Source of the DNA: Armatimonadota bacterium
GTDB lineage: Bacteria; Armatimonadota; SYMT01
NCBI GenBank assembly: GCA_046292385.1
Contig: JBKBRF010000023.1
Coordinates: 1-64,000 of the forward strand
DNA: 64,000 nucleotides
Direction of reading: 5' to 3'
Notes under the pieces: model-generated
The model's database searches: none
What the model was told of the DNA's origin: nothing
Seen by the model: only the letters and a program-made list of their open reading frames with translations
Program-made: the position numbers and the translations under genes
Part shown: positions 20,458 through 30,463 of the stretch, piece after piece
Layout of the letters: each line of letters begins with the position of its first letter
Numbering within the stretch: the first letter of the stretch is position 1

Positions 20458-21183
20458 ATGCAGGTCGACCTCTCGCAGCCGCTCGTCACTCCGCCGGCTC
20501 CGCCGCCGGTGGAAGCGCCGTTTGAAACGAAGCTCCTGATCCCGGGTGCGCTGGCGGAGGCGGCGGCGGCCTGGATCGAGGCGCGCATCCCGCGGGATCC
20601 GCACGCCGTCGGTCCGGAAGGGACGTACACCGTCGGCAGCCTTTACTTCGACACGCCGCACCTGGAGATTTACCGGCGGGCGCACGCCGCCAGCGTGGCG
20701 AAGTACCGGATCCGGCGGTACGGGGCGGAGGAGCGGCTCTTCCTCGAATGCAAGGAGAAGCTCTCCGGGCGAGTGGTCAAGCGCCGCAGCCCGATCGCGC
20801 CGTCGGATCTCTCCGCACTGGCAGAGCTGGCCACCCACGACGGCTGGCCGGCCACCTGGTTCGCGGCGGCGGTGCGGGAGCGGGACCTCCGGCCGGTCTG
20901 CCGCGTCTCCTACGTGCGACGGGCCTGGATCGGGGAGCTGGACGGGCAGCGAGTGCGAGTGACACTCGACCGCGACCTCCGCGCCGGACCCGCCGCCGGC
21001 CTGGAGCTCCCCGGGATGCTGGATGGCGGCCGGCTGCTTTTCCGGGGCTGCGTGCTGGAGATCAAGCATGCCGGCGGGCTGCCGCCCTCCGTGCAGGAGT
21101 GGCTGGCGGAGCTCGGATGCTCGCCGCAGCCGCTCTCCAAGTACCGGACCGCGGTGGAGGTCTGTGGGGTCGCCGCGGCCTAA
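20458..21183 (+). CDS. VTC/polyphosphate polymerase domain protein (CYTH-like)
   Basis: ETK, SLYFDTP, KYRIRRY, FLECK, RVTLD, VLEIK, SKY motifs. Confidence 0.85.
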   Translation: MQVDLSQPLVTPPAPPPVEAPFETKLLIPGALAEAAAAWIEARIPRDPHAVGPEGTYTVGSLYFDTPHLEIYRRAHAASVAKYRIRRYGAEERLFLECKEKLSGRVVKRRSPIAPSDLSALAELATHDGWPATWFAAAVRERDLRPVCRVSYVRRAWIGELDGQRVRVTLDRDLRAGPAAGLELPGMLDGGRLLFRGCVLEIKHAGGLPPSVQEWLAELGCSPQPLSKYRTAVEVCGVAAA

Positions 21184-21244
21184 CTGGAATCATGCTTCCG
21201 GGTCGGCCATTAACCGCATCGAACGGCGTTACCGAGCTTTGTCC

Positions 21245-23041
21245 ATGATCGCCGCGACCGACCGCACCGACATCAGCCTCATCCGGCGCATGCTCGGCGA
21301 GTCGCGGCCGTACCTGCCGCACCTGCTGGTGCTGCTGATGGTGGAGCTGCTCGCCGCGCCGCTCGCGCTGCTCGCCCCGGTGCCGCTGAAGCTGGCGGTC
21401 GACAGCGTCATCCACTCCCGCCCGCTTCCCGCGCCGCTCGACTCCTGGTGGGACGGCGCGGCCGGGCAGCCGCAGCAGCTCCTCCTCTGGGTCTGCGGCC
21501 TCTCGCTGCTGATCGCCCTCGTGACGCAGGCGCAGAGCCTTCTCGGCTCCGTCCTGACCGTCTCCACCAGCCAGCGCCTGCTGCGCGACTTCCGCTCCCG
21601 GCTCTTCCGCCACGCGGAGCGGCTCTCGCTGGCGTACCACACGCAGAAGGGCACCGCCGACACCCTCTACCGGATCCAGAACGACGCCACCGCGCTCGAG
21701 TGGATCTACGTCGACGGCGCGATCCCGCTGCTGAAGTCGTCGTTCTCCCTCGGCACGATGCTCTTCGTGGTGCTGCAGCTCAACTGGAAGATCGGCTGCA
21801 CCGCGCTGCTGATCTGCCCCGCGCTCTTCCTCCTCACGCGCGCCACGCGGCCGCTGCTGCGGACGCGCTCCAAGGAGCTGAAGAAGCAGGAGAGCGCGAC
21901 CCTGGGCATCATCCACGAGGTGCTCGGCGTGCTGCGGGTGGTGAAGGCGTTCGGGCAGGAAGACCGGGAGCAGCAGCGCTTTACGGAGGCGGCCGACCGC
22001 TGCGTGCGGGGGCGCGTGAGCCTGGCGCTGGCGGACGGCACCCTGGGGCTGCTGATCAACTTCATCGCGGCGATCGGGCTGGCGGCGGTGCTCTACTTCG
22101 GCGTCAGCGACGTCCTCCGCGGTGCGCTGACCCTGGGCGAGCTGCTGCTGATCTCCAGCTACGTGACCCAGCTCTACGCGCCGCTCAAGACGCTCAGCCG
22201 CAAGACGGTGACGCTCCAGGCACAGCTTGCCGGGGCGGAGCGGGCGTTCGCGCTGCTCGACCGCGCGCCGGACGTGCCGGAGCCGGAGGCGCCGAAGCCG
22301 CTCTCCCGGAGCCGCGGCGCCCTCGCCTTCCGGAACGTCTCCTTCTCCTACGACGGCAAGCGGCCGGTGCTCCGGAACGTCTCGTTCGAGATTCCCTCCG
22401 GCGCCCGCGTGGGGATCGTCGGCGCCACCGGCGCGGGGAAGACGACGCTCACCTTCCTGATGTCGCGCCTGGGCGACCCGGACGCGGGCGTGGTGCTGCT
22501 GGACGGGGTCGATATCCGGGAGCACTCGGTCGCCGACCTGCGCCGCCAGTTCGCCGTGGTGTTCCAGGAGCCGGTCCTCTTCGCCACCAGCATCGCGGAG
22601 AATATCGCCTACGCGCGCCCCGGCGCCGGGATGGACGAGATCGAGGCGGCGGCACGCGCGGCGAACGTCCACGACTTCATTGCGGGCCTGCCGGACGGCT
22701 ACGAGACGCGGGTCGGCGAGCGGGGGCTGTCTCTCTCCGGCGGCGAGCGCCAGCGCATCGGGCTCGCGCGCGCCTTCCTGCGGGACGCGCCGGTCCTGAT
22801 CCTGGACGAGCCGACCAGCTCGGTCGACATGGAGACGGAAGCGGCGATCATGGAGGCGGTGGAGCGGCTGATGGAAGGCCGCACCACGCTCATCATCGCG
22901 CACCGGTTGAACACCCTCGCCGGCTGCGACCGGGTGCTGCGCGTGGAAGGCGGTCAGGTGGTGCAGGAGAGCCCCTCCGCGGTGACGGGCCTTCCGCTGG
23001 AGAGCATTCTCCCGCCGGTCGCTCCCCTTCAGTCAGGCTAA
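21245..23041 (+). CDS. ABC exporter, fused TMD and ATPase
   Basis: TM domain; GATGAGKT, LSGGERQR, ILDEPTS, IAHRL. Confidence 0.95.
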   Translation: MIAATDRTDISLIRRMLGESRPYLPHLLVLLMVELLAAPLALLAPVPLKLAVDSVIHSRPLPAPLDSWWDGAAGQPQQLLLWVCGLSLLIALVTQAQSLLGSVLTVSTSQRLLRDFRSRLFRHAERLSLAYHTQKGTADTLYRIQNDATALEWIYVDGAIPLLKSSFSLGTMLFVVLQLNWKIGCTALLICPALFLLTRATRPLLRTRSKELKKQESATLGIIHEVLGVLRVVKAFGQEDREQQRFTEAADRCVRGRVSLALADGTLGLLINFIAAIGLAAVLYFGVSDVLRGALTLGELLLISSYVTQLYAPLKTLSRKTVTLQAQLAGAERAFALLDRAPDVPEPEAPKPLSRSRGALAFRNVSFSYDGKRPVLRNVSFEIPSGARVGIVGATGAGKTTLTFLMSRLGDPDAGVVLLDGVDIREHSVADLRRQFAVVFQEPVLFATSIAENIAYARPGAGMDEIEAAARAANVHDFIAGLPDGYETRVGERGLSLSGGERQRIGLARAFLRDAPVLILDEPTSSVDMETEAAIMEAVERLMEGRTTLIIAHRLNTLAGCDRVLRVEGGQVVQESPSAVTGLPLESILPPVAPLQSG

Positions 23042-23079
23042 ATCGTTCGGTCAGGTTCGAGTTTCGGGAGTCGCTGCGT

Positions 23080-24828
23080 ATGAAACGAGCATCCGGTTGG
23101 CGAAGACGGGTTCCTGCGGCCGTCCTCCTCCTCGGCATTTCCGTGGGGCTGCTGCCGCTCACCGCCGCGCCGGCGCAGGAGAAGCCCCCCACCGATGCCG
23201 CCGCTCCGGCGAAGAAGCCGGAGGCGAAACCGGCAGCCAAACCGGCGCCGAAGCCCGCGGCGTCCGCGCCTAAGCCGGCCACTCCGCCGAAGCCCGCCCC
23301 CAGGCCGGACGCCAGCGTCGCCTTCTTCCGCGACGGCGTCGTGCCGCGGATCAAGATCCAGGTGTCGGACGCGGATCTCAACCTCCTGCGCCAGAAGCCC
23401 CGGGAGTACGTCCGCTGCACGGTAGTGGAGAACGACAAGACCACCTACGAGCACGTCGCCATCAAGCTCAAGGGCGCGGCGGGCAGCTTCCGCGGGGTGG
23501 ATGACCGCCCCGCGCTCACGCTCAACTTCGACAAGTTCAAGGACGGGCAGGCGTTCCACGACCTGGACAAGCTCCACCTGAACAACTCCGTCCAGGACCC
23601 CACCTACCTGAACGAGCTGATCTCCAGCGAGCTCTTCCTGGCGGCCGGGGTGCCCGCCGCGCGGACCACCCACGCGCGCGTCTGGCTCAACGGCCGCGAC
23701 CTCGGCTTCTACGTGCTGAAGGAGGGCTTCGGGAAAGACTTCCTGAAGCGCAACGGCCTCGACCCGAAGGGGAACCTCTACGAGGGGCCGTTCGTGCAGG
23801 ACATCGACGGCAACGCGGAGCTGGACAGTGGTGCCGGCGTCGGCGACCGCAGCGACGTGAAGGCGGTGGTCGACGCCTGCCGCGAAGGCGACACCGCCAA
23901 ACGGTGGCAGCGCCTGGAGCAGCTGGTCGACATCGACAAGTTCCTCACCTTCATGGCGATGGAGCTGATGACCGCCCACTGGGACGGCTATTGCCGGAAC
24001 CGGAACAACTACCGCTTCTACTTCGATCCGAAGACCGGCAAGGTGCAGTTCTTTCCGCACGGCATGGACCAGATGTTCCACGACCCCAACTCCGACATCC
24101 TCGGCGGGCACGGCGCCATGCTGGCCCAGGCCGTGATGAGCAACCCGGAGTGGCGCGGACGCTACCGGGACCGCGTCTCCGACCTGATGAAGCTGTTCGT
24201 GCCGCCGGACAACCTCCTCAAGCGGATCGACCAGCACCACCAGCGGCTCCGCCCCGTGCTGGCCGAGATGGGTGGGAACCGCGCCAACGAGTTCGACGGC
24301 CAGGTGCGGACCGTCAAGGACCGCGTCACCGCGCGGGCGCAGAGCCTGACCCGCCAGAACGCGGTGGTGGAGCCCCGCCCGCTGCGCTTCAGCTCCTCCG
24401 GCGTGGCCCAGATCACCACGTGGGCGCCGCGCCTGGAGACGCAGGACGCCAAGCTGGAGAAGCAGCCCGGCCCCGCCGGTAAGCCGAACGCCGGCACCCT
24501 CTCCATCGCGGCGGGTCCCAGCGGCCGGTGCGTCGCCTCCTGGCGGACGAAGGTGATCCTCCCCGCCGGCAAGTACCGCCTCGAGGCCCGCGCGCGCACC
24601 CAGGGAGTAAAGGCGCTGCAGGAAGGCTCCGGTACCGGGGCGGGCCTCCGCATCTCCGGCGGGAGCCGCACCAACAAGCTGGACGGCACCGCCGACTGGA
24701 CCCTCCTCTCCCACGAGATCCAGATCCAGGCACCCCAGCAGGAAGTAGAGCTGGTCGCGGAGCTCCGCGCCACCGCCGGTCAGGTCCTCTTCGACCTCGC
24801 GTCCCTGCGGCTGGTGAAGGTGCCGTAG
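23080..24828 (+). CDS. CotH kinase family secreted protein
   Basis: Signal peptide, Pro/Ala/Lys linker, IKLKG, LHLNN..QDP, GNLYE, WDGY..NRNNY, PHGMD. Confidence 0.85.
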   Translation: MKRASGWRRRVPAAVLLLGISVGLLPLTAAPAQEKPPTDAAAPAKKPEAKPAAKPAPKPAASAPKPATPPKPAPRPDASVAFFRDGVVPRIKIQVSDADLNLLRQKPREYVRCTVVENDKTTYEHVAIKLKGAAGSFRGVDDRPALTLNFDKFKDGQAFHDLDKLHLNNSVQDPTYLNELISSELFLAAGVPAARTTHARVWLNGRDLGFYVLKEGFGKDFLKRNGLDPKGNLYEGPFVQDIDGNAELDSGAGVGDRSDVKAVVDACREGDTAKRWQRLEQLVDIDKFLTFMAMELMTAHWDGYCRNRNNYRFYFDPKTGKVQFFPHGMDQMFHDPNSDILGGHGAMLAQAVMSNPEWRGRYRDRVSDLMKLFVPPDNLLKRIDQHHQRLRPVLAEMGGNRANEFDGQVRTVKDRVTARAQSLTRQNAVVEPRPLRFSSSGVAQITTWAPRLETQDAKLEKQPGPAGKPNAGTLSIAAGPSGRCVASWRTKVILPAGKYRLEARARTQGVKALQEGSGTGAGLRISGGSRTNKLDGTADWTLLSHEIQIQAPQQEVELVAELRATAGQVLFDLASLRLVKVP

Positions 24829-24841
24829 TGGTTGAAAGGCA

Positions 24842-25246
24842 GTGATGGAGATCCGAATCTATCCCGAACTCTGGCCACTCTATCTCTTCATCGTGCTGTT
24901 AGTCGTGGGGATTCTCTTTCGCGCCGCAGGCGGCCGAGCCGTTTTCGGCCACCACGAGCGTCCGGAACGGGTGCTCGGGAAGTGGATCACGATCAGCAAT
25001 ATCGACGGCCTGGGTGCCGATCCGCCGGGCCTTCCCCCCGTGCAGCTGCAGGGGTTCGCCGGCGATCACTATCTTGCGACCTTCGGCGAACCGGCACTAA
25101 TCGCCGAGAAGCGGGTTCGCGAGCTAAGGCTTTGGGCTCGCCACACCGGGCGACCCATTTCGAGTGCGAGCCGCCGGGGCATTCTCGCGGTGAATGTGGA
25201 GCTTGACTCCGGCCATAGCTTCATGGCCGAGATGAATCTGGCCTGA
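24842..25246 (+). CDS. Hypothetical membrane-anchored protein
   Basis: 134 aa with an N-terminal TM helix. Confidence 0.55.
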   Translation: MMEIRIYPELWPLYLFIVLLVVGILFRAAGGRAVFGHHERPERVLGKWITISNIDGLGADPPGLPPVQLQGFAGDHYLATFGEPALIAEKRVRELRLWARHTGRPISSASRRGILAVNVELDSGHSFMAEMNLA

Positions 25247-25309
25247 CCACCGATTCGCTGCGAATGGGCGGCGACTAACGTCTGCGTGGGCAGAGGTTCG
25301 GAAACAGCA

Positions 25310-25810
<501 letters not shown>

Positions 25811-25951
25811 CTGCCCCAATCTCACGCCAGGACGGCGCTCATCCTCAGGACGAGTTACCATCCCCCACTCCCCCTCTCCGGGCACACTGAGTCGAGAACC
25901 TCGTCCGTGTGCGGAACCAGCCGCGCGGGTATGGCGAAGGGGGAGAGCTCG

Positions 25952-26536
25952 ATGGGCAAGCGAATCGCGATCATCCAGGGGCATCCGGACCCGGACGGGT
26001 CCCACTTCGGGCACGCGCTCGCGCGGGCCTACGCCGAGGGCGCGGAACAGGTCGGCCACGAGGTCCGGCGGATCGAGGTGGCGCGGCTCGAGTTCCCCTT
26101 ACTGCGAAGCAAGGCCGACTTCGAGCTGGGCGAGCCGCCGGAGGCGATCCGGAGGGCCCAGGAGACGGTCCGCTGGGCCGAGCACCTCGTCTTCCTCTAC
26201 CCGCTCTGGCTCGGCGACATGCCGGCGCTGCTGAAAGGCTTCCTGGAGCAGCTCTTCCGGCCGGAGTTCGTGACCGGTGAGAAGGGCGCCGCCACCGCCC
26301 CGGTGCGGACGCTGAAGGGGAAGTCCGCGCAGGTGGTCGTGACGATGGGCATGCCCGCCGCGGCCTACAAGTGGTTCTACGGCGCCCACAGCCTCAAGAG
26401 CATGGAGCGGAACATCCTCGCCTTTTGCGGGATCGGGCCGATCCACGATACTCTGATCGGGATGGTGGAGGCGAGCGAGGCGGCGCGCGAGCGCTGGCTG
26501 GAGAAGCTGCGAGAGATGGGCCGTGCCGGAAAGTAG
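25952..26536 (+). CDS. NAD(P)H-dependent oxidoreductase (flavodoxin-2 family)
   Basis: IIQGHPD, YPLWLGDMPALLKGF, LKGKSA..TMG. Confidence 0.9.
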   Translation: MGKRIAIIQGHPDPDGSHFGHALARAYAEGAEQVGHEVRRIEVARLEFPLLRSKADFELGEPPEAIRRAQETVRWAEHLVFLYPLWLGDMPALLKGFLEQLFRPEFVTGEKGAATAPVRTLKGKSAQVVVTMGMPAAAYKWFYGAHSLKSMERNILAFCGIGPIHDTLIGMVEASEAARERWLEKLREMGRAGK

Positions 26537-27260
26537 CCGCGGAAACGGAGAGGCCTCCGGACTGGCGCGCCGCGGCCCCGGGCAGCAGTCGCTGCTCACG
26601 TATGCCGTGCTCACCGGCCTGACGCCGCTGATCCCGATCCCGTTCGTGGACGACCTCGCCAAGGCCTACTTCCGGCGGCGGCTGGTGCGCAAGCTGGCGG
26701 CCGGGCACGGCGTCCCGCTCTCCCGTGAGGAGGTGGAGGCGCTCACCGCGGAGCCGGGCGGCTGCCTCCTGTCCGGGTGCCTCGGCCAGCTCGTCCTCTA
26801 CCCGCTCAAGAAGATCTTCCGCAAGATTTTCTACTTCCTGGAGTGGAAGCGCGCGCTCGACCTCACCAGCCAGTCGTACCATTTTGGCTACCTGGTCGAC
26901 TGCGCCCTGGCGGACGGCTACCTCGGCCCGTCGTCTCCCCATCGCGTGGAGGCGGTCCGCCAGGCTATCCACACCGTCTGCGCGCAGACCCCGATCAAGC
27001 CAATCGAGGGAGCGGTCGGCGGCGCGTTCCGGCAGTCGAAGTCGGCCATCCGGAACACCCTCTCGCTGCTGGAGCGGACCCTGCGCCGGCTCACCGGCCG
27101 CCCGCAGCCGGCCGAGGTGAGTGCCGCGCTGAACGAGGTGGAGGCCCAGGAGTCGGAGGCGGTCCGCGGAGTGGTGGAAAACCTGCAGCGGCGAATGCAG
27201 ACGATCCCGCAGGCTCACTTCGACCGCATGCGCCAGCTTCTGCGCCAGCACCTCGCGTAG
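26523..27260 (+). CDS. Hypothetical protein
   Basis: Protein-like ORF with GLTPLIPIPFVDD hydrophobic motif; start uncertain. Confidence 0.6.
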   Translation: MPESSRGNGEASGLARRGPGQQSLLTYAVLTGLTPLIPIPFVDDLAKAYFRRRLVRKLAAGHGVPLSREEVEALTAEPGGCLLSGCLGQLVLYPLKKIFRKIFYFLEWKRALDLTSQSYHFGYLVDCALADGYLGPSSPHRVEAVRQAIHTVCAQTPIKPIEGAVGGAFRQSKSAIRNTLSLLERTLRRLTGRPQPAEVSAALNEVEAQESEAVRGVVENLQRRMQTIPQAHFDRMRQLLRQHLA

Positions 27261-27443
27261 GATCGAGGGACGGCGGGCGTTCGTCGGGAGGCACCCGGCG
27301 GCCGCGTCCAAAACGACGCGCCCTCCGCGCCAGGAAGGGATTGCCGGCCCGTTAAGCCGATGTTAATTTGCCGGTGGCCGAGCGGCTGACCGGGAATCAA
27401 TAGCACGCGGTCGATCACCGCGGCCACAAGAGGTAGCAGATCC

Positions 27444-29123
27444 ATGCCTTTCGGCACTTCCCGTGCCCAGCGCCTCCGCGAAGCACTGCAACGCCCCACT
27501 CCGCTGCTGGTTGCCGGCGCCCACAACCCGCTCAGCGCCCGGCTGGTCGAAGAGGCCGGGTTCGACGCCATCTGGGCGAGCGGGTTCGAGATCTCCGCCA
27601 GCCAGGGCGTTCCCGACGCCAACATCCTCACCTTTAGCGAGAACCTGGAGATCGCCCGCGGCATCGCCCGCGCCAGCTCGCTGCCGGTCATTGCGGACTG
27701 CGACAGCGGCTTCGGCAACGCGATCAACGTCGTCCGGACGGTGCGGGAGTACGAAGACGCCGGCATCGCCGGCATCTGCCTGGAAGACAACATCTTTCCG
27801 AAGCGCTGCAGCTTCTACAGCGGCTCGCGGCGGGAGCTGGTCTCTCCGGAGGAGCACGCGGGCAAGATCCGCGCCGCCAAGGGCGCCCAGCGGGATCCGG
27901 ACACCTTCATCATCGCCCGCACGGAGGCGCTCATCGCCGGCTGGGGCGAGGCGGAGGCCCTCCACCGCGCCCGGATGTACGCCGACGCCGGCGCGGACGG
28001 CGTGCTGATCCACTCGAAGTCGAAGACGCTCGACGAGCTCGCCCACGCGGCGAAGCAGTGGGACCGGGATACCCCGCTGGTGATCGTCCCGACGATCTTC
28101 CCGGAAGCAAGCGCCGACCAGTGCTACGCGGCCGGCTTCAGGATCGTGATCTTCGCCAACCACGGGCTCCGCTCCGCGATCAAGGCGATGCAGGAGACGC
28201 TGGGCGAGCTGCGGCGGAGCGCGTGCATCGCGGCGGTGCAGGACCGGCTGGTGCCGCTGAAGGAGGTTTACCGGCTGGTCGGCGTGGACGAGATGAACCG
28301 CCAGGAGGCGGAGTACCTTCCGGCCGGGGGCGAGAAGACGACGGCGGTGATCATCGCGGCCGGGTTCGAGCCGGAGATGCTCCCGCTCACCAAAGACCGC
28401 CCGAAGGCGCTGCTCGACATCAAGGGCAAGACGATCCTGGAGCGCCAGATCGAGTTGCTGAACTCGTGCGGGGTCAAAGATATCGCCGTCGTCCGCGGCT
28501 ACAAGAAGGAGGCGTTCACGCTCACCACGCCGCGCTACTACGACAACGACGAGTACGAGCGGACCGGAGAGCTCTACTCCCTCTTCCAGGCGGAGCCGGA
28601 GTTGAACGGCCGCGTGGTGGTGCTCTACGGCGACGTGCTCTTCGATCAGGGCGTGCTGGAGAAGCTGCTGAAAGCGGAGGGTGACGTGAACGTGGTGGTC
28701 GACCGCGCCTGGCACGATCACCAGAGCAACGGCCACGCCCCGGCCCGCCCGCAGGAGGACCTGGTCGCTACCACGGCGCGCCGCCCGGCGGGATATCGTT
28801 ATCTGCCGGGGGAAAGCTCCGCGGAGGTGCTGCGGATCGGTCAGAAGCTGCCGCGCCAGGAGTGCGACGGCGAGTTCGCCGGGCTGATGATGCTCTCCCG
28901 CGAGGGGTGCATCGCGGTTCGGGAAGCGCTGCAGAGCGCCCGCGACCGGGGCTCGGACGCGCCGTACCACGAGGCGCCGGCGCTGACGCAGGCGAAGCTG
29001 ACCGACCTGCTCCAGGACCTGATCGACCGCGGTACCGGGGTGCGTGCCGTCGAGATCTACAAGGGCTGGTCGGAAGTCGACACCTTTGAGGACTACCAGC
29101 GCGCGTGGGCGGATCTCGCATAG
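27444..29123 (+). CDS. pepM: Phosphoenolpyruvate mutase-like enzyme fused to C-terminal nucleotidyltransferase (PntC-like)
   Basis: ICL/PEPM fold (GAHNPLSA, WASGF, DCDSGFG, EDNIFPKRCS, IARTEALIAG, IHSK, FANHG); C-terminal IIAAG..DRPKALL, VRGYK, YGD, EVDT; operon context with Ppd and AEP transaminase. Confidence 0.82.
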   Translation: MPFGTSRAQRLREALQRPTPLLVAGAHNPLSARLVEEAGFDAIWASGFEISASQGVPDANILTFSENLEIARGIARASSLPVIADCDSGFGNAINVVRTVREYEDAGIAGICLEDNIFPKRCSFYSGSRRELVSPEEHAGKIRAAKGAQRDPDTFIIARTEALIAGWGEAEALHRARMYADAGADGVLIHSKSKTLDELAHAAKQWDRDTPLVIVPTIFPEASADQCYAAGFRIVIFANHGLRSAIKAMQETLGELRRSACIAAVQDRLVPLKEVYRLVGVDEMNRQEAEYLPAGGEKTTAVIIAAGFEPEMLPLTKDRPKALLDIKGKTILERQIELLNSCGVKDIAVVRGYKKEAFTLTTPRYYDNDEYERTGELYSLFQAEPELNGRVVVLYGDVLFDQGVLEKLLKAEGDVNVVVDRAWHDHQSNGHAPARPQEDLVATTARRPAGYRYLPGESSAEVLRIGQKLPRQECDGEFAGLMMLSREGCIAVREALQSARDRGSDAPYHEAPALTQAKLTDLLQDLIDRGTGVRAVEIYKGWSEVDTFEDYQRAWADLA

Positions 29124-29139
29124 CCTTCCGCTCCGGCAC

Positions 29140-29339
29140 CTCCTACTCCTACTCGTAATCCTACTCTTATTCGAAAGCCCGCCGGGTTCCGGACCCGCTT
29201 TCGACGAGAAGTTCGCGCTTCGGCGGGGCCTCACCCCCTGCCCCTCTCCTGGGAGGAGAGGGGAGCTAACGGTGTGATGCTGACCTAACTCCCCCTTCCA
29301 CTTCAGGAGAGGGGCCGGGGGAATGCCGGGGGTGAGGCC
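29140..29339. repeat. Intergenic degenerate hexamer repeat plus CCTCACCCC/CCCCTCTCC-type REP-like inverted repeat
   Basis: CTCCTA CTCCTA CTCGTA ATCCTA CTCTTA (29140-29169); GGCCTCACCCCCTGCCCCTCTCCTG (29227) mirrored by CAGGAGAGGGGC...GGGGGTGAGGCC (to 29339). Confidence 0.65.
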
Positions 29340-29372
29340 GCGTGTTAGATCAAGTTAGCTAAGGAACCGTTC

Positions 29373-29894
29373 GTGTCACACGCCAGCTCGTTTTCCGTTC
29401 CGCCGGTCCCGCCCGCGGAGTTTCTCTCCGCCCTTTCCGCGCAGGGGTATGACTTCTTCACCGGGGTTCCCTGCTCCCTCGTGAGCGGCCTGATCGCCGA
29501 GCTGGAGGCGCATCCGGAGACTCGCTACTACGCGGAGACGCGGGAGGATGCCGCGATCGGTCTCGCCTGCGGCGCCTCGATGGCGGGCCGGCAGCCGGTG
29601 GTGGTGATGCAGAACTCCGGCCTCGGGGTCAGCATCAACGCCCTCTCCTCGCTCACGCTGATGTACCGCACGCCCTGCCTGCTGCTGATCACCTGGCGCG
29701 GCTACGAGCCGAACGACGCGCCGGAGCATATCCTGATGGGCCAGGTCTGCGGCAGCCTGCTGGAGACGCTCGGCATCCCCTACCGCGCGCCGGAGCCGGC
29801 GACGCTGCTGGACGACCTCGCCTGGGCGACCGACTACCAGCGCACCCACTCCGAGCCGGCCGCGCTGCTGCTCCGCTCCGGAGTCACCCTCTAA
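29373..29894 (+). CDS. Phosphonopyruvate decarboxylase alpha subunit (split, ComD-like)
   Basis: FTGVPCS, REDAAIGLACG, MQNSGLG, WRG..DAPEH. Confidence 0.85.
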   Translation: MSHASSFSVPPVPPAEFLSALSAQGYDFFTGVPCSLVSGLIAELEAHPETRYYAETREDAAIGLACGASMAGRQPVVVMQNSGLGVSINALSSLTLMYRTPCLLLITWRGYEPNDAPEHILMGQVCGSLLETLGIPYRAPEPATLLDDLAWATDYQRTHSEPAALLLRSGVTL

Positions 29895-30463
29895 TGACAC
29901 TCGAGCAATCCATCACCGCCCTCCAGCCGCTCCTGGGAGACGCGCTGGTCGTCCACGCCAACGGCTACATCTCCCGCCGCTCGTTTACGGCGGAAGACCG
30001 CCCCGGCAACTTTTACATGATCGGTTCGATGGGCCTCGCCTCGTCGATCGCCCTCGGCGTGGCGCTCTCGCGACCGGACCGGCGCGTGGTGGTCTACGAC
30101 GGCGACGGCAACCTGCTGATGAACCTGGGCGGGGCGGCGATGATCGCCGCGACGGCTCCGCCGAACCTGGTCCACCTCGTTTTCGACAACGGCGCCTACG
30201 CCAGCACCGGCAACCAGCCGGCGATCAGCCGCGCCGTGGCTCTGGAGCGGATCGCCGAGGCCGCCGGCTACCGCCGCAGCGTGCGGGCGCGGACGCCGGA
30301 GGAGCTGGCGGCGGCGTTCCGGGAGTGCCTGGAGACCGAGGGGCCGACCTTCATCCTGGCGGAGCTGGAGCTGGAGACCGGCAAGTTCACGGCGGGTCGG
30401 GTGACGCACACGCCGGAGGAGATCCGCGATCGCTTCTCCGCGGCGATCCAGGGAGCCGCCTGA
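29894..30463 (+). CDS. Phosphonopyruvate decarboxylase beta subunit (TPP-binding, ComE-like)
   Basis: NFYMIGSMG, DGDGNLLM...FDNG TPP motif, STGNQ; TAATG coupling. Confidence 0.85.
   Translation: MTLEQSITALQPLLGDALVVHANGYISRRSFTAEDRPGNFYMIGSMGLASSIALGVALSRPDRRVVVYDGDGNLLMNLGGAAMIAATAPPNLVHLVFDNGAYASTGNQPAISRAVALERIAEAAGYRRSVRARTPEELAAAFRECLETEGPTFILAELELETGKFTAGRVTHTPEEIRDRFSAAIQGAA

Noticed and set aside
21448..23079. 1126-aa ORF 21448..24828 as an ABC-CotH fusion or frameshift
   Set aside because: The N-terminal half is Arg/Pro-rich shadow frame; both genes are complete with their own start and stop
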